Source: an uncultured Verrucomicrobiae bacterium (GTDB lineage: Bacteria; Verrucomicrobiota; Verrucomicrobiia; Chthoniobacterales; UBA10450). Taken from it: a stretch of DNA of 64,000 nucleotides. Positions 8,688 to 17,502 of the stretch are shown here, piece after piece. The number at the start of each line of letters is the position of its first letter. Positions within the stretch are counted from its first letter, which is position 1. Below the pieces are notes generated by a model that was not told the DNA's origin, made no database searches, and saw nothing but the letters and a program-made list of their open reading frames with translations. Position numbers and translations under genes: made by a program. The stretch lies in assembly GCA_963834385.1 (NCBI GenBank), contig CAWIBO010000003.1, positions 64,001 to 128,000 of the forward strand, read 5' to 3'.

Positions 8688-9839
8688 TCAGGCGCCGTTG
8701 CCGTTTTTCTTCGCTTTCGAACCGGGGTACGGCCGCAGTTCCGGACCGGCATAGAGCGAGCGAGGCCGGATCAACCGATTGTTATCGTGCTGTTCGACCA
8801 CGTGGGCGCACCAGCCGGCGATGCGGGAGGCGGCAAAGATCGGGGTGTTCAGGGCCGGGTCGAACCCGAACATGGTGAAGACCGGCGCGGCATAGAGATC
8901 GACGTTGGCGCAGAGCTGTTTCTCCTGCTCCATCGTCTGCTCGAGGTTCTCGCAGATCGGCACCCATTGTTCCTTGCCCACCCGTTTCCCGAGGTCGCGC
9001 GCGATCTCGCGCATGATCGGCACCCGCGAATCGCCTTTCTTGTAAACGCGATGGCCGAATCCCATGATCTTGGCCTTTTTCCCGAGCTGCTCCTTGAGCC
9101 AGCTCCCGGCGCGATCCGGCGACTTGATCTCGTCCAGCATCTTCATCGATTCCTCGTTGGCGCCGCCGTGCAGCGGGCCCTTGAGCGTCCCGCAGGCGCT
9201 GGTGACGGCGGCATACATGTCGGCCAGGGTGGAGGCGGTCACGCGCGCCGCGAAGGTCGAGGCATTGAATTCGTGGTCGGCATAAAGGATGAAAATCGTG
9301 TCCATCATCCGGATCTTCCAGTCCTCCGGCACTTCGCCGTCGAGTTTGTAGAAGAAGTTTCCGGCCAGGGTCAGGTCGGGCCGTTCCGGGAGGGGATCCT
9401 TGCCGTTCTGGATGCGGTAACCGTCGGCGATGAGGGTGCTCGTTTTGGCGATCAGGCGCATGGCCTTGCGCACGTTGGCCTCGTGCGAATGGTCGTTCAG
9501 ATCGGGGTCATGCGGTGCCAGCATGGAAACGCCCGTGCGCAGCATGTCCATCGGGTGCGTCTTCTTCGGCATCAGACGCAACGCTTCCAGCACTTCCTTC
9601 GGCACACTCCGCTGCTCCGCCATGTCGCGGGTAAAGGTGGCCAGCTGGCCGCTGTCGGGCAGCTCGCCTTTCAGGAGCAGGTAGGCGACCTCCTCAAAAC
9701 TGGCTTTCTCCGCCATCTCGTGGATGTCGTAACCGCGATACATCAGCCCGGCATTGGGATCGACCCAGCAGATCTTGGTTTCGCCTGCGATGACGCCGGC
9801 GAGGCCGGGACTGTAGGATGGTTTTTCGGTGGTGCTCAT
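8688..9839 (-). CDS. prpC: 2-methylcitrate/citrate synthase
   Basis: GLAGV, YRGYDI, DHEFNAST, GPLHGGANE, GFGHRVY motifs; in operon with prpB/prpD. Confidence 0.88.
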   Translation of the reverse strand: MSTTEKPSYSPGLAGVIAGETKICWVDPNAGLMYRGYDIHEMAEKASFEEVAYLLLKGELPDSGQLATFTRDMAEQRSVPKEVLEALRLMPKKTHPMDMLRTGVSMLAPHDPDLNDHSHEANVRKAMRLIAKTSTLIADGYRIQNGKDPLPERPDLTLAGNFFYKLDGEVPEDWKIRMMDTIFILYADHEFNASTFAARVTASTLADMYAAVTSACGTLKGPLHGGANEESMKMLDEIKSPDRAGSWLKEQLGKKAKIMGFGHRVYKKGDSRVPIMREIARDLGKRVGKEQWVPICENLEQTMEQEKQLCANVDLYAAPVFTMFGFDPALNTPIFAASRIAGWCAHVVEQHDNNRLIRPRSLYAGPELRPYPGSKAKKNGNGA

Positions 9840-9940
9840 GGATAACTTTCTCTTTCGGACGAAACCGGCCTCCCCGCGGGCCGGCATGGCGGCGGGTGTT
9901 TCGGCCAGGCTCAACATGACGAGCGCAGCCGGCTTCTCAA

Positions 9941-10780
9941 CTACTTTGCCGGATCGTAGTCCAAGAGCCGGTAAAGGTCCTGCCGGGTCTGCATCCGCTC
10001 CAGCCAGTCGGTCTGCCGGCCATGCTTGCGGAGATCGCGCAAAAAATTCTCCGTGGCGTGCATGGCCACACGCAGCGCGCTCTGCGGGAAGATGACCATG
10101 CGGTAACCGAGATCCTTCAGTTCCCCGAGGGAAAGCAGCGGGCTTTTGCCGAACTCGGTCATGTTGGCCAGGAGCGGCACCCGCACTTCCCGGGCGAAAT
10201 CGCGAAACTCCTCCGGGGACTGCAGCGCCTCCGGGAAAATGGCGTCCGCCCCGGCTTCCACATACTGTTGGGCCCGTTTAACCGCGCTGGCGAAATCTTC
10301 GACCCCGCGCGCGTCGGTCCGGGCGATGATGAGAAAATCGGGGTCGCGCCGGGCCGCGGCGGCCGCCCGCAGTTTGTCGCACATGTCCGCCGACTCAATC
10401 AGCGCCTTGCCCGCAAGATGGCCGCAGCGCTTCGGAAATTCCTGGTCTTCGAGGTGGCAGCCGGCCAGGCCGGCCCGCTCCAGTTCATCAATGGTGCGCG
10501 CCGCGTTCTCCGCCCCGCCGAAACCGGTGTCGGCGTCCACAATCGCCGGGATGGTCACGGCTTTGGCCGCGTAGCCCGCCAGCCGCGCCACCTCGGTCAG
10601 GGTGAGCAGGCCGATGTCGGGCACGCCGCCGGTGAAATTGGAGAGGCCGGCGCCGCTGATGTAAACCGCGTCGAACCCGGCCTGCTCCACCTGGCGGGCG
10701 AGCAGGGCATTGGGCACGCCCGGCATGGCCACGCAATCCTGCGCGATCAGTTCCCGGAGCCGGGCCGTTTTCGACTTCAT
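9941..10780 (-). CDS. prpB: Methylisocitrate lyase
   Basis: DADTGFG, EDQEFPKRCGH, ARTDA, NMTEFGK motifs. Confidence 0.93.
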   Translation of the reverse strand: MKSKTARLRELIAQDCVAMPGVPNALLARQVEQAGFDAVYISGAGLSNFTGGVPDIGLLTLTEVARLAGYAAKAVTIPAIVDADTGFGGAENAARTIDELERAGLAGCHLEDQEFPKRCGHLAGKALIESADMCDKLRAAAAARRDPDFLIIARTDARGVEDFASAVKRAQQYVEAGADAIFPEALQSPEEFRDFAREVRVPLLANMTEFGKSPLLSLGELKDLGYRMVIFPQSALRVAMHATENFLRDLRKHGRQTDWLERMQTRQDLYRLLDYDPAK

Positions 10781-10781
10781 C

Positions 10782-12179
10782 TTATTGCGCGGGCATGACG
10801 GCGAGCCGCATCAGCTCGTCGACCGATTTCTGTTTGTCGAGTTCCCAGGCATGCGTCATGAAAACGCGGCAGGAGGGCTCGCCGGCGAGCGGGCCGACCA
10901 GCTTGATGAACTTGGTTTCGAGCTGCTCGTCGCTCACCGGGTTCTTCGCGTTGCCGAGCGGATAATCGACCCGCTTGGAGAGGGTGCGCCCGTCCGCCAG
11001 GGTGATGTGGACGATGTTGGCGACGGCCTCGGCGTAAATCGCGCTCAGTTCATCGTTCCGGTCCACCTTCACGTTCTCGAGGAACTTGACGATTTTCGGT
11101 TCGGTGAAGCGGGCCGGCTCAAACTGCGCGTCGGTCACGTCGCCGTCGAAAAGCGCCACCGCCGTGATGTAAGGGAGGCTGTGGTCGGCCGTTTCCCGGT
11201 TCTGTGGCCGCCATTTTTCCGGTTCGCTTCCGATGATATCGACCGAGGCGTCGTGGCTTTCAATCCGCATCGATTTGACCTGGGAAAGGTCGCCGATCTG
11301 CGGCCGCAGGAAGAGGGCGGCCTCGATGGCGCTCTGGCTGTGGTACTCGGCCGGCCAGTATTTGATGCTGGTCTTGAGGATCATGGAGGCGGGACCTTTG
11401 CCCGGGACGGCTTCCGCCTTGACGTCGAAGACGCTGGCGACGTCGCCCAGCGAGACGCCGAGCTGTTTTTCAAAACCCATCTGGCCCTCGAAAATCGGGG
11501 CGGGCCCGGTCATGCCGGCGCGGGCCAGGAGGGCGGAGTAGACACCGTGCCGCGCGGCGTTGGCGAAGGCGACGCCTTTCCAGTGCGAAAGCTCACCCAC
11601 GCGCGACTGCCGCATCCCCATCCCGGCCACACCGGCGATGTTGACCGCGTGCCGCGTCTTTTCGGAATCGAGTTTCATCAATTTGGCCGCGGCCAGCGCG
11701 GTCGAGAAGGCGCCATAGGTGGGATGGTCCCAGCCGCGGGCGCGAATGCTGGCGGCATCGCAGAGACGGCATTGCACCTCGTAGGCGAGGGCGGCCGCCG
11801 CGATCACTTCCTGGCCGGTCGCGCCCACGCTTTCGGCCACGGCCAGGACCGCGGCGAGGTTGTCGCTGGGATGAGCCGGTTCCTTCGAGAGATAGGTGTC
11901 GTTGTAATCAAAATAGCGAATCCCGCAGCCGGAAGCGAAAGCGGCCCAGTCCGCCGGGGCCTTGTGCTTGGTGCCGATGATGGTGCCGCCCTCCTTGGCG
12001 GAGAAATCGAAGGCGACCTTGCGCGCGATCTGGAACGGTTCCTCGTTCCAGGCCCCAAGGGCGCAGCCGAAGGAATCGATCACCCGGCGTTTTACCTCGT
12101 GCACGACGTCGGGCGATAGATCTTCAAAGCGCAGGGCGCAGGCGTAATCGGCAAGCTGATGGGCGAGTGTGGTGGTCAT
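10782..12179 (-). CDS. prpD: 2-methylcitrate dehydratase (MmgE/PrpD)
   Basis: RYFDYNDT, HPSDN, GELSHWKG, ETADHSLPY motifs. Confidence 0.92.
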   Translation of the reverse strand: MTTTLAHQLADYACALRFEDLSPDVVHEVKRRVIDSFGCALGAWNEEPFQIARKVAFDFSAKEGGTIIGTKHKAPADWAAFASGCGIRYFDYNDTYLSKEPAHPSDNLAAVLAVAESVGATGQEVIAAAALAYEVQCRLCDAASIRARGWDHPTYGAFSTALAAAKLMKLDSEKTRHAVNIAGVAGMGMRQSRVGELSHWKGVAFANAARHGVYSALLARAGMTGPAPIFEGQMGFEKQLGVSLGDVASVFDVKAEAVPGKGPASMILKTSIKYWPAEYHSQSAIEAALFLRPQIGDLSQVKSMRIESHDASVDIIGSEPEKWRPQNRETADHSLPYITAVALFDGDVTDAQFEPARFTEPKIVKFLENVKVDRNDELSAIYAEAVANIVHITLADGRTLSKRVDYPLGNAKNPVSDEQLETKFIKLVGPLAGEPSCRVFMTHAWELDKQKSVDELMRLAVMPAQ

Positions 12180-12239
12180 GATAAAGGGAAGCCTGCAATC
12201 TGGCGGGGAAAGCGCCGCGGGCAAGGGGGAGAGGGGAGC

Positions 12240-12292
12240 GGTGGATGGTGAGTGGTGAATGGTGAATGGTGAATGGTGAATGGTGAATGGTG
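12240..12292. repeat. Heptamer tandem array (GGTGAAT)n
   Basis: Five perfect plus two degenerate GGTGAAT units in the divergent intergenic region. Confidence 0.9.
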
Positions 12293-12329
12293 CGTGACCG
12301 GGGGAAGCCGGGCTGGCACGATGCGCCGC

Positions 12330-14000
12330 ATGCGATTGCTTGGTGCGTTTTTTCTATTTGCTGCGGTGACGGTGTTTGGCCAGGGCGAATCCTACGATGT
12401 GATCATCCGGGGCGGGACTGTCTTTGATGGGACCGGGTCCGCCGGGAGACGGGCGGACGTGGCCATCCGGGGCGACCAGATCGCCGGGATCGGCGATTTC
12501 GCGGACGCGAAGGCGAAGAAGGTGATCGACGCCGCGGGCCTCGCGGTGGCTCCCGGTTTCATCAACATGCTTTCGTGGTCGACCGAGTCGCTCCTGGAGG
12601 ATGGCCGTTCCCAGAGCGAGCTGCGTCAGGGCGTGACCACCCAGATCATGGGCGAAGGTTGGTCGATGGGGCCGTTGAACGAGCGGATGAAGAAGCGGAT
12701 GCTCGACGAACAGAAAGACATTCGGTTCGAGATTGAGTGGACCACCCTGGCGGAATATTTGCGGCACCTCGAGAAGCGGGGCGTCTCCTGCAACGTGGCT
12801 TCGTTCCTCGGCGCCACCACCGTGCGCGAACATGTCATCGGCCTCGATAACAAGCCGCCCACGCCGGCGCAGCTCGAGCAGATGCGCGGCCTGGTCGAGC
12901 AGTCCATGCGCGAGGGCGCGCTCGGGATCGGTTCCTCCCTTATTTATCCGCCCGCCTTTTACGCCAGCACGGAGGAGCTGATCGAGCTTTGCAAGGTGGC
13001 GGCCAGATTCCAGGGCAAATACATCTCCCACCTGCGCAGCGAAGGGAACAAGTTGCTCGAGGCTTTCGAGGAATTGAAACGAATCAGCCGCGAAGCCGGC
13101 ATCCCGGCCGAGCTTTATCATATCAAGGCGGCCGGGAAAGAGAACTGGCCGAAGATGGACGAGTTGCTTCGGCGGATCGAGGCGGCCCAGCAGGAAGGGC
13201 TCAAGATTACCGCGAACATGTACGCCTACCCCGCCGCCGGCACCGGGCTCGATGCTTCCCTCCCGCCCTGGACCGGCGCCGGCGGTTACCCTGAGCTGTT
13301 CAAACGGCTGCGCGATCCGGCCACGCGCAAAAAGATCGCGGAGGAGGTGATGACGCCTTCGCAGGAATGGGAGAACTTTTATCTCGCGGCCGGTTCCCCG
13401 GAGCGGATCATCCCGGTCGGGTTCAAATCGGAGAAACTGAAACCGCTTACCGGGAAAACGCTGGCGGAAATCGCGAAAATGCGCGGGAAAGACCCGGTGG
13501 AGACGCTGATGGACCTGATCGCCGAGGACGAGTCGCGCATCGACACCATTTATTTTCTGATGTCGGAAGAGAACCTGACCAAACAGCTCGCGAAACCGTG
13601 GATCACCTTCGGATCGGACGAGGCGTCCCAGGCCCCGGAAGGCAACTTTCTCAAGAGCAACCCGCATCCGCGCGCTTACGGCAATTTCGCGCGGGTCCTG
13701 GGCAAGTATGTGCGGGAAGAGAAAGCGCTCACGTTGGCCGATGCCATTCATCGCCTGAGCGGCCTGCCCGCGGAACGGCTTGGGCTCGACCGGCGCGGTT
13801 TGCTCAAGGAAGGAAATTTTGCCGATGTGGCGGTGTTCGATCCCGCGACGATCCGCGACCACGCGACGGTCGATAAACCGCACCAGTACGCGACGGGCGT
13901 GAAACACGTCTTCGTCAACGGTGTACAAGTGCTGAAGGACGGCGAGCACACCGGCGCGAAGCCCGGCCGCGCCCTGTGGGGCCCGGGCCGGCGCGAATAA
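12330..14000 (+). CDS. N-acyl-D-amino-acid deacylase family amidohydrolase with signal peptide
   Basis: DVIIRGG..DGTG, APGFINM, HLRSEG, HPRAYGNF, ADVAVFDP motifs. Confidence 0.88.
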   Translation: MRLLGAFFLFAAVTVFGQGESYDVIIRGGTVFDGTGSAGRRADVAIRGDQIAGIGDFADAKAKKVIDAAGLAVAPGFINMLSWSTESLLEDGRSQSELRQGVTTQIMGEGWSMGPLNERMKKRMLDEQKDIRFEIEWTTLAEYLRHLEKRGVSCNVASFLGATTVREHVIGLDNKPPTPAQLEQMRGLVEQSMREGALGIGSSLIYPPAFYASTEELIELCKVAARFQGKYISHLRSEGNKLLEAFEELKRISREAGIPAELYHIKAAGKENWPKMDELLRRIEAAQQEGLKITANMYAYPAAGTGLDASLPPWTGAGGYPELFKRLRDPATRKKIAEEVMTPSQEWENFYLAAGSPERIIPVGFKSEKLKPLTGKTLAEIAKMRGKDPVETLMDLIAEDESRIDTIYFLMSEENLTKQLAKPWITFGSDEASQAPEGNFLKSNPHPRAYGNFARVLGKYVREEKALTLADAIHRLSGLPAERLGLDRRGLLKEGNFADVAVFDPATIRDHATVDKPHQYATGVKHVFVNGVQVLKDGEHTGAKPGRALWGPGRRE

Positions 14001-14006
14001 AGCGAA

Positions 14007-14057
14007 TCCCGGGTAGGGTGGGCGTCCCGCCCGCCGGTTTCGGCGTCTCGCCGAAAC
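14007..14057 (+). repeat. Solo double-hairpin GTAG-REP arm, family B (same as the alaS inserts)
   Basis: TCCCGGGTAGGGTGGGCGTCCCGCCCGCCGGTTTCGGCGTCTCGCCGAAAC immediately after the stop codon. Confidence 0.92.
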
Positions 14058-14101
14058 AATCTTTTCCGCCGCGACCCCGCCGAGTGGCAGAGTCAAAGTT
14101 C

Positions 14102-14180
14102 GTCCACAGATTTCGCAGATTTACGCAGATTTCTGTCGGGCTCTTCAAATCTGTGAAAATGGCTCCGGTAATCTGTGGAC
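14102..14180. repeat. Miniature inverted element of CAGATT ~9-mer units
   Basis: GTCCACAGATT...AATCTGTGGAC perfect 11-bp terminal inverted repeat; internal CGCAGATTT repeats. Confidence 0.8.
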
Positions 14181-14415
14181 CGGTCCTCTATTTCCCAGAT
14201 CGGCATTCGGCGTTCGAAAATTAGAAATCTGTCGTGAACGCGCACCTCAACCGATCATGAAGGATGTTGTTGTGGCGGCTCTGGAGTGTAGCCTTCTCAT
14301 TGTCCCACCCATCGTCGGCGCCATGCGTCCCAAAGCTCATCCCTTTCCGAAGCGAGCAAGGTGGCTTTGTTGCGGCGCGTCGTAGTTTCTCCTTAGTCCC
14401 CAATCCTCCCTGACC

Positions 14416-15543
14416 ATGCGTTCAAAGACTCACTTCTTCCCGAAACGAACTGTGGCTTTCTGCGCCGTGGCCGCGGCGATCTGGCTGTGGCCGGTCGCGC
14501 CGGCCTTTGCGCGGTCCGGGGTTGAGGAGATCGGCTCGCTCCGGAATGCCAAGATCGCTCTCCCGGTTCCGGACAAGAAGACCGAGCTGACCTACTTCGC
14601 GGACTCCTTTTCGAAAGAAGAACTGGCGGAACTGGCGAAGCTCGCGCCCAACCTGCGCATCGTCACCGGGCTGAGCCCGGCGGAGGCGCTGGCGCGCGCA
14701 GAGGAGGCGCACGGTGTGGAAGCGGGCTACGCCACGCGCGAGTTTCTGGCGAAGGCGAAGAACCTGGTCTGGGTGCAGGCGATGAGCGCCGGGGTGGACA
14801 GGCTGACCGCACTGGAGCCGCTGGTGAAGAACGAACGCATCGTGCTGACGAATCATCGGGGCGTGCACGGCCCGGCGATCGCGGATCACGCCATGGCGCT
14901 GCTGCTTGTGCTCACGCGCGATTTGCGGTTTTACGAGGCGAACCAGGCGAAGAAAGTGTGGGACCGCGGGGATCCGGAGCTTGCCCCCATCGCCCTGGAT
15001 GGACGCACCATGCTCGTCGTGGGCCTGGGCGGGATCGGGAGCGAGATCGCGCGCCGCGGGAAAGCGTTCGGCATGACGGTATGGGCCACGCGCCGGAGCG
15101 AGGCGCCGAAGCCGGACTTTGTGGATCGGGTGGAGCTTTCCCCGGCGCTGTTTTCCATGCTGCCGCAGGCGGATGTGGTGGTGATCGCCGCGCCCCTCAC
15201 GCCGGAAACGCGGGGAATGTTTAACAAGGAAGCGTTCGCGGCGATGAAGAAAGGCGCGTTTCTGGTGAACATCGCGCGCGGGGCCATCGTGGTGCAGGAG
15301 GAACTCATCGCCGCGCTGCAAAGCGGCAAGCTGGCCGGCGCGTGCCTGGATGTGACCGACCCCGAACCGCTGCCCGCCAGCAGCCCGCTCTGGGGCATGC
15401 GCAATGTGGTGATCACGCCGCACGTGGCGGCGCAGGCGGAGGTGACAGAGACACGGCGCTGGGCGCTCTTGCGGGAGAACCTGCGCCGGTTCGCCGCGGG
15501 CGAGCCGCTCTATAACGTGGTGGATAAGCAGGCCGGTTATTAG
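14416..15543 (+). CDS. D-2-hydroxyacid dehydrogenase family protein with signal-peptide-like N-terminus
   Basis: SAGVD, GLGGIG, NIARG, LDVTDPEPL, TPHVA motifs. Confidence 0.9.
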   Translation: MRSKTHFFPKRTVAFCAVAAAIWLWPVAPAFARSGVEEIGSLRNAKIALPVPDKKTELTYFADSFSKEELAELAKLAPNLRIVTGLSPAEALARAEEAHGVEAGYATREFLAKAKNLVWVQAMSAGVDRLTALEPLVKNERIVLTNHRGVHGPAIADHAMALLLVLTRDLRFYEANQAKKVWDRGDPELAPIALDGRTMLVVGLGGIGSEIARRGKAFGMTVWATRRSEAPKPDFVDRVELSPALFSMLPQADVVVIAAPLTPETRGMFNKEAFAAMKKGAFLVNIARGAIVVQEELIAALQSGKLAGACLDVTDPEPLPASSPLWGMRNVVITPHVAAQAEVTETRRWALLRENLRRFAAGEPLYNVVDKQAGY

Positions 15544-15575
15544 GGCCGCGCAACACAGGACCGCTGCGCGGTCAG

Positions 15576-15607
15576 CGTGAATCGTAAATCGTAAATTGTG
15601 AATCGTG
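15576..15607. repeat. Heptamer tandem array (CGTRAAT)n
   Basis: CGTGAAT CGTAAAT CGTAAAT TGTGAAT CGTG. Confidence 0.8.
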
Positions 15608-15724
15608 GCTGTGACGTGAACACGGTCTCTCCTGCTCTCCCGGGAAGTAGGCGCCGCGTGGCTGCGTGGCTTCCGGAGATTTCATCTGTGTCGATCTGGG
15701 AATCTGTGGTTAAAGTCCTTCTCA

Positions 15725-17080
15725 ATGAGCAAGGTTTATTCTGATGCCACGGCCGCGCTCGACGGCCTTCTGCACGACAACATGACGATCGCCGCGGGCG
15801 GGTTTGGCCTCTGCGGGATCCCGGAAAACCTGATTGCCGCGTTGCGCGACAGCGGGGCCAAGGGGTTGACCATCGTCGGCAACAACGCCGGCGTGGATGG
15901 TTTCGGCATGGGCGTGCTCCTGAACACGCGCCAGGTGAAAAAGGTGATGGCCTCCTACGTGGGCGAAAACAAGGAGTTCGAGCGCCAGGTGCTCGCGGGC
16001 GAGCTGGAACTCGAGCTGATTCCGCAGGGGACGCTGGCGGAACGGTTGCGCGCCGGCGGCGCCGGCATCCCGGGCTTTTACACCCGGACCGGTTTTGGCA
16101 CCAAGCTGACCGAGGGAAAGGAAACGAAAAAGTTCGGCGACCAGGATTATGTGCTCGAACCGGGGATCAAGGCGGATGTCTCGCTGGTGAAAGCGTGGAA
16201 AGGCGACAAGTCGGGCAACCTGATCTTCCGCAAAACTTCCCGGAACTTTAATCCGATGATCGCAAGCTGCGGGAAGGTTTGCGTGGCCGAGGTGGAGGAA
16301 TTGGTCGAAGTCGGCGAACTCGATCCGGACCAGGTTCATACCCCGGGCATTTTCGTGGACCGGATCATGCAGGGGGCAAAGTACGAGAAGCGGATCGAGT
16401 TCCGCACCGTGCAGGGGAGCGGCGGCGCACAGAAGGAGAACCCGATGCGCGAGCTGCTGGCGAAACGAGCCGCCCAGGAGTTGCGCGAAGGGTTTTACGT
16501 CAACCTTGGCATCGGCATCCCGACCCTGGTGGCGAATTATATTCCGGAGGGGATGAACGTGACCCTGCAATCCGAGAACGGTTTGCTCGGGATCGGGCCG
16601 TTCCCGACGGAGGAAGAGGTCGACCCCGACCTGATCAATGCCGGGAAGCAGACAATCACGACCCGGCCCGGCTCGGCCTTTTTCTCGAGCGCGGATTCGT
16701 TTGCCATGATCCGGGGCGGCCACATTGACCTGGCCATCCTGGGCGCGTTCGAAGTGACGGACCGCGGCGACATCGCGAACTGGATGATCCCGGGAAAGAT
16801 GGTGAAAGGGCCAGGCGGCGCGATGGATCTCGTCGCCGGGGTGCAACGCGTGGTGGCGGTGATGGAACACACTTCGAAGGACGGCAGCCCGAAGATCTTG
16901 AAAGAGTGCACCCTGCCGATCACCGGCCTGGGCGTGGTCGATTTGATCATCACCGAGCTGGCGGTGTTTGAGGTGAAGGAGGGAGGCGGACTGGTCTTGA
17001 TCGAGCTGCAACCGGGCGCGGAGCTGGAGGAGGTGAAGGCGAAAACGGGGGCGGGGTTTGAAGTAAGAATTAAGAAGTAA
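15725..17080 (+). CDS. 3-oxoacid CoA-transferase, fused alpha/beta subunits
   Basis: [39 protein letters not shown] motifs. Confidence 0.93.
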   Translation: MSKVYSDATAALDGLLHDNMTIAAGGFGLCGIPENLIAALRDSGAKGLTIVGNNAGVDGFGMGVLLNTRQVKKVMASYVGENKEFERQVLAGELELELIPQGTLAERLRAGGAGIPGFYTRTGFGTKLTEGKETKKFGDQDYVLEPGIKADVSLVKAWKGDKSGNLIFRKTSRNFNPMIASCGKVCVAEVEELVEVGELDPDQVHTPGIFVDRIMQGAKYEKRIEFRTVQGSGGAQKENPMRELLAKRAAQELREGFYVNLGIGIPTLVANYIPEGMNVTLQSENGLLGIGPFPTEEEVDPDLINAGKQTITTRPGSAFFSSADSFAMIRGGHIDLAILGAFEVTDRGDIANWMIPGKMVKGPGGAMDLVAGVQRVVAVMEHTSKDGSPKILKECTLPITGLGVVDLIITELAVFEVKEGGGLVLIELQPGAELEEVKAKTGAGFEVRIKK

Positions 17081-17119
17081 GAGTTAAGAACTAAGAAGTA
17101 AGAAGGCAGAATGCAGAAG
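17064..17119. repeat. Heptamer array (TAAGAAG)n, left flank of the four-helix-bundle gene
   Basis: Six TAAGAAN-like units plus two GCAGAAN units; overlaps the upstream stop and the downstream ATG. Confidence 0.88.
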
Positions 17120-17458
17120 AATGACTTGCGCGAACGCACCAAGGCTTTCGCGTTGCGAATCATTCGCTTGTCCGAATCCTTGCCCAGATCGAGCGAGGCG
17201 CAGGTTCTTGTCCGGCAGATATTGCGTTCCGGCACTTCGATCGGAGCGAATTACCGCGAAGCGTCCCGCGCCCGCAGCAAAGCTGAGTTCATCTCAAAAT
17301 GCGGCGAGTGTCTCCGCGAAGTGGACGAAACAGCTTATTGGCTGGAACTCCTGGCGGAATCGGGGTTGGCGCCCGCCAGAAAACTGCAGCCGCTGCGCGC
17401 GGAATGTGACGAGATAACCGCAATTTTCGTCACGATCGTAAAGCGGGCCAAGGGCTGA
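17111..17458 (+). CDS. Four helix bundle protein (23S rRNA IVS-protein-like / TIGR02436-type)
   Basis: DLRERTKAFALRII, QILRSGTSIGANYREA.RARSKAEF, ETAYWLELL motifs. Confidence 0.92.
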   Translation: MQKNDLRERTKAFALRIIRLSESLPRSSEAQVLVRQILRSGTSIGANYREASRARSKAEFISKCGECLREVDETAYWLELLAESGLAPARKLQPLRAECDEITAIFVTIVKRAKG

Positions 17459-17459
17459 T

Positions 17460-17497
17460 CTTTTTCCTTCAGCCTTCTCACTTCTTCCTTCTTACTT
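17460..17497. repeat. Inverted heptamer array (CTTCTTA)n, right flank of the four-helix-bundle gene
   Basis: CTTTTTC CTTCAGC CTTCTCA CTTCTTC CTTCTTA; reverse complement of the left array unit. Confidence 0.8.
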
Positions 17498-17502
17498 TCC
17501 CC

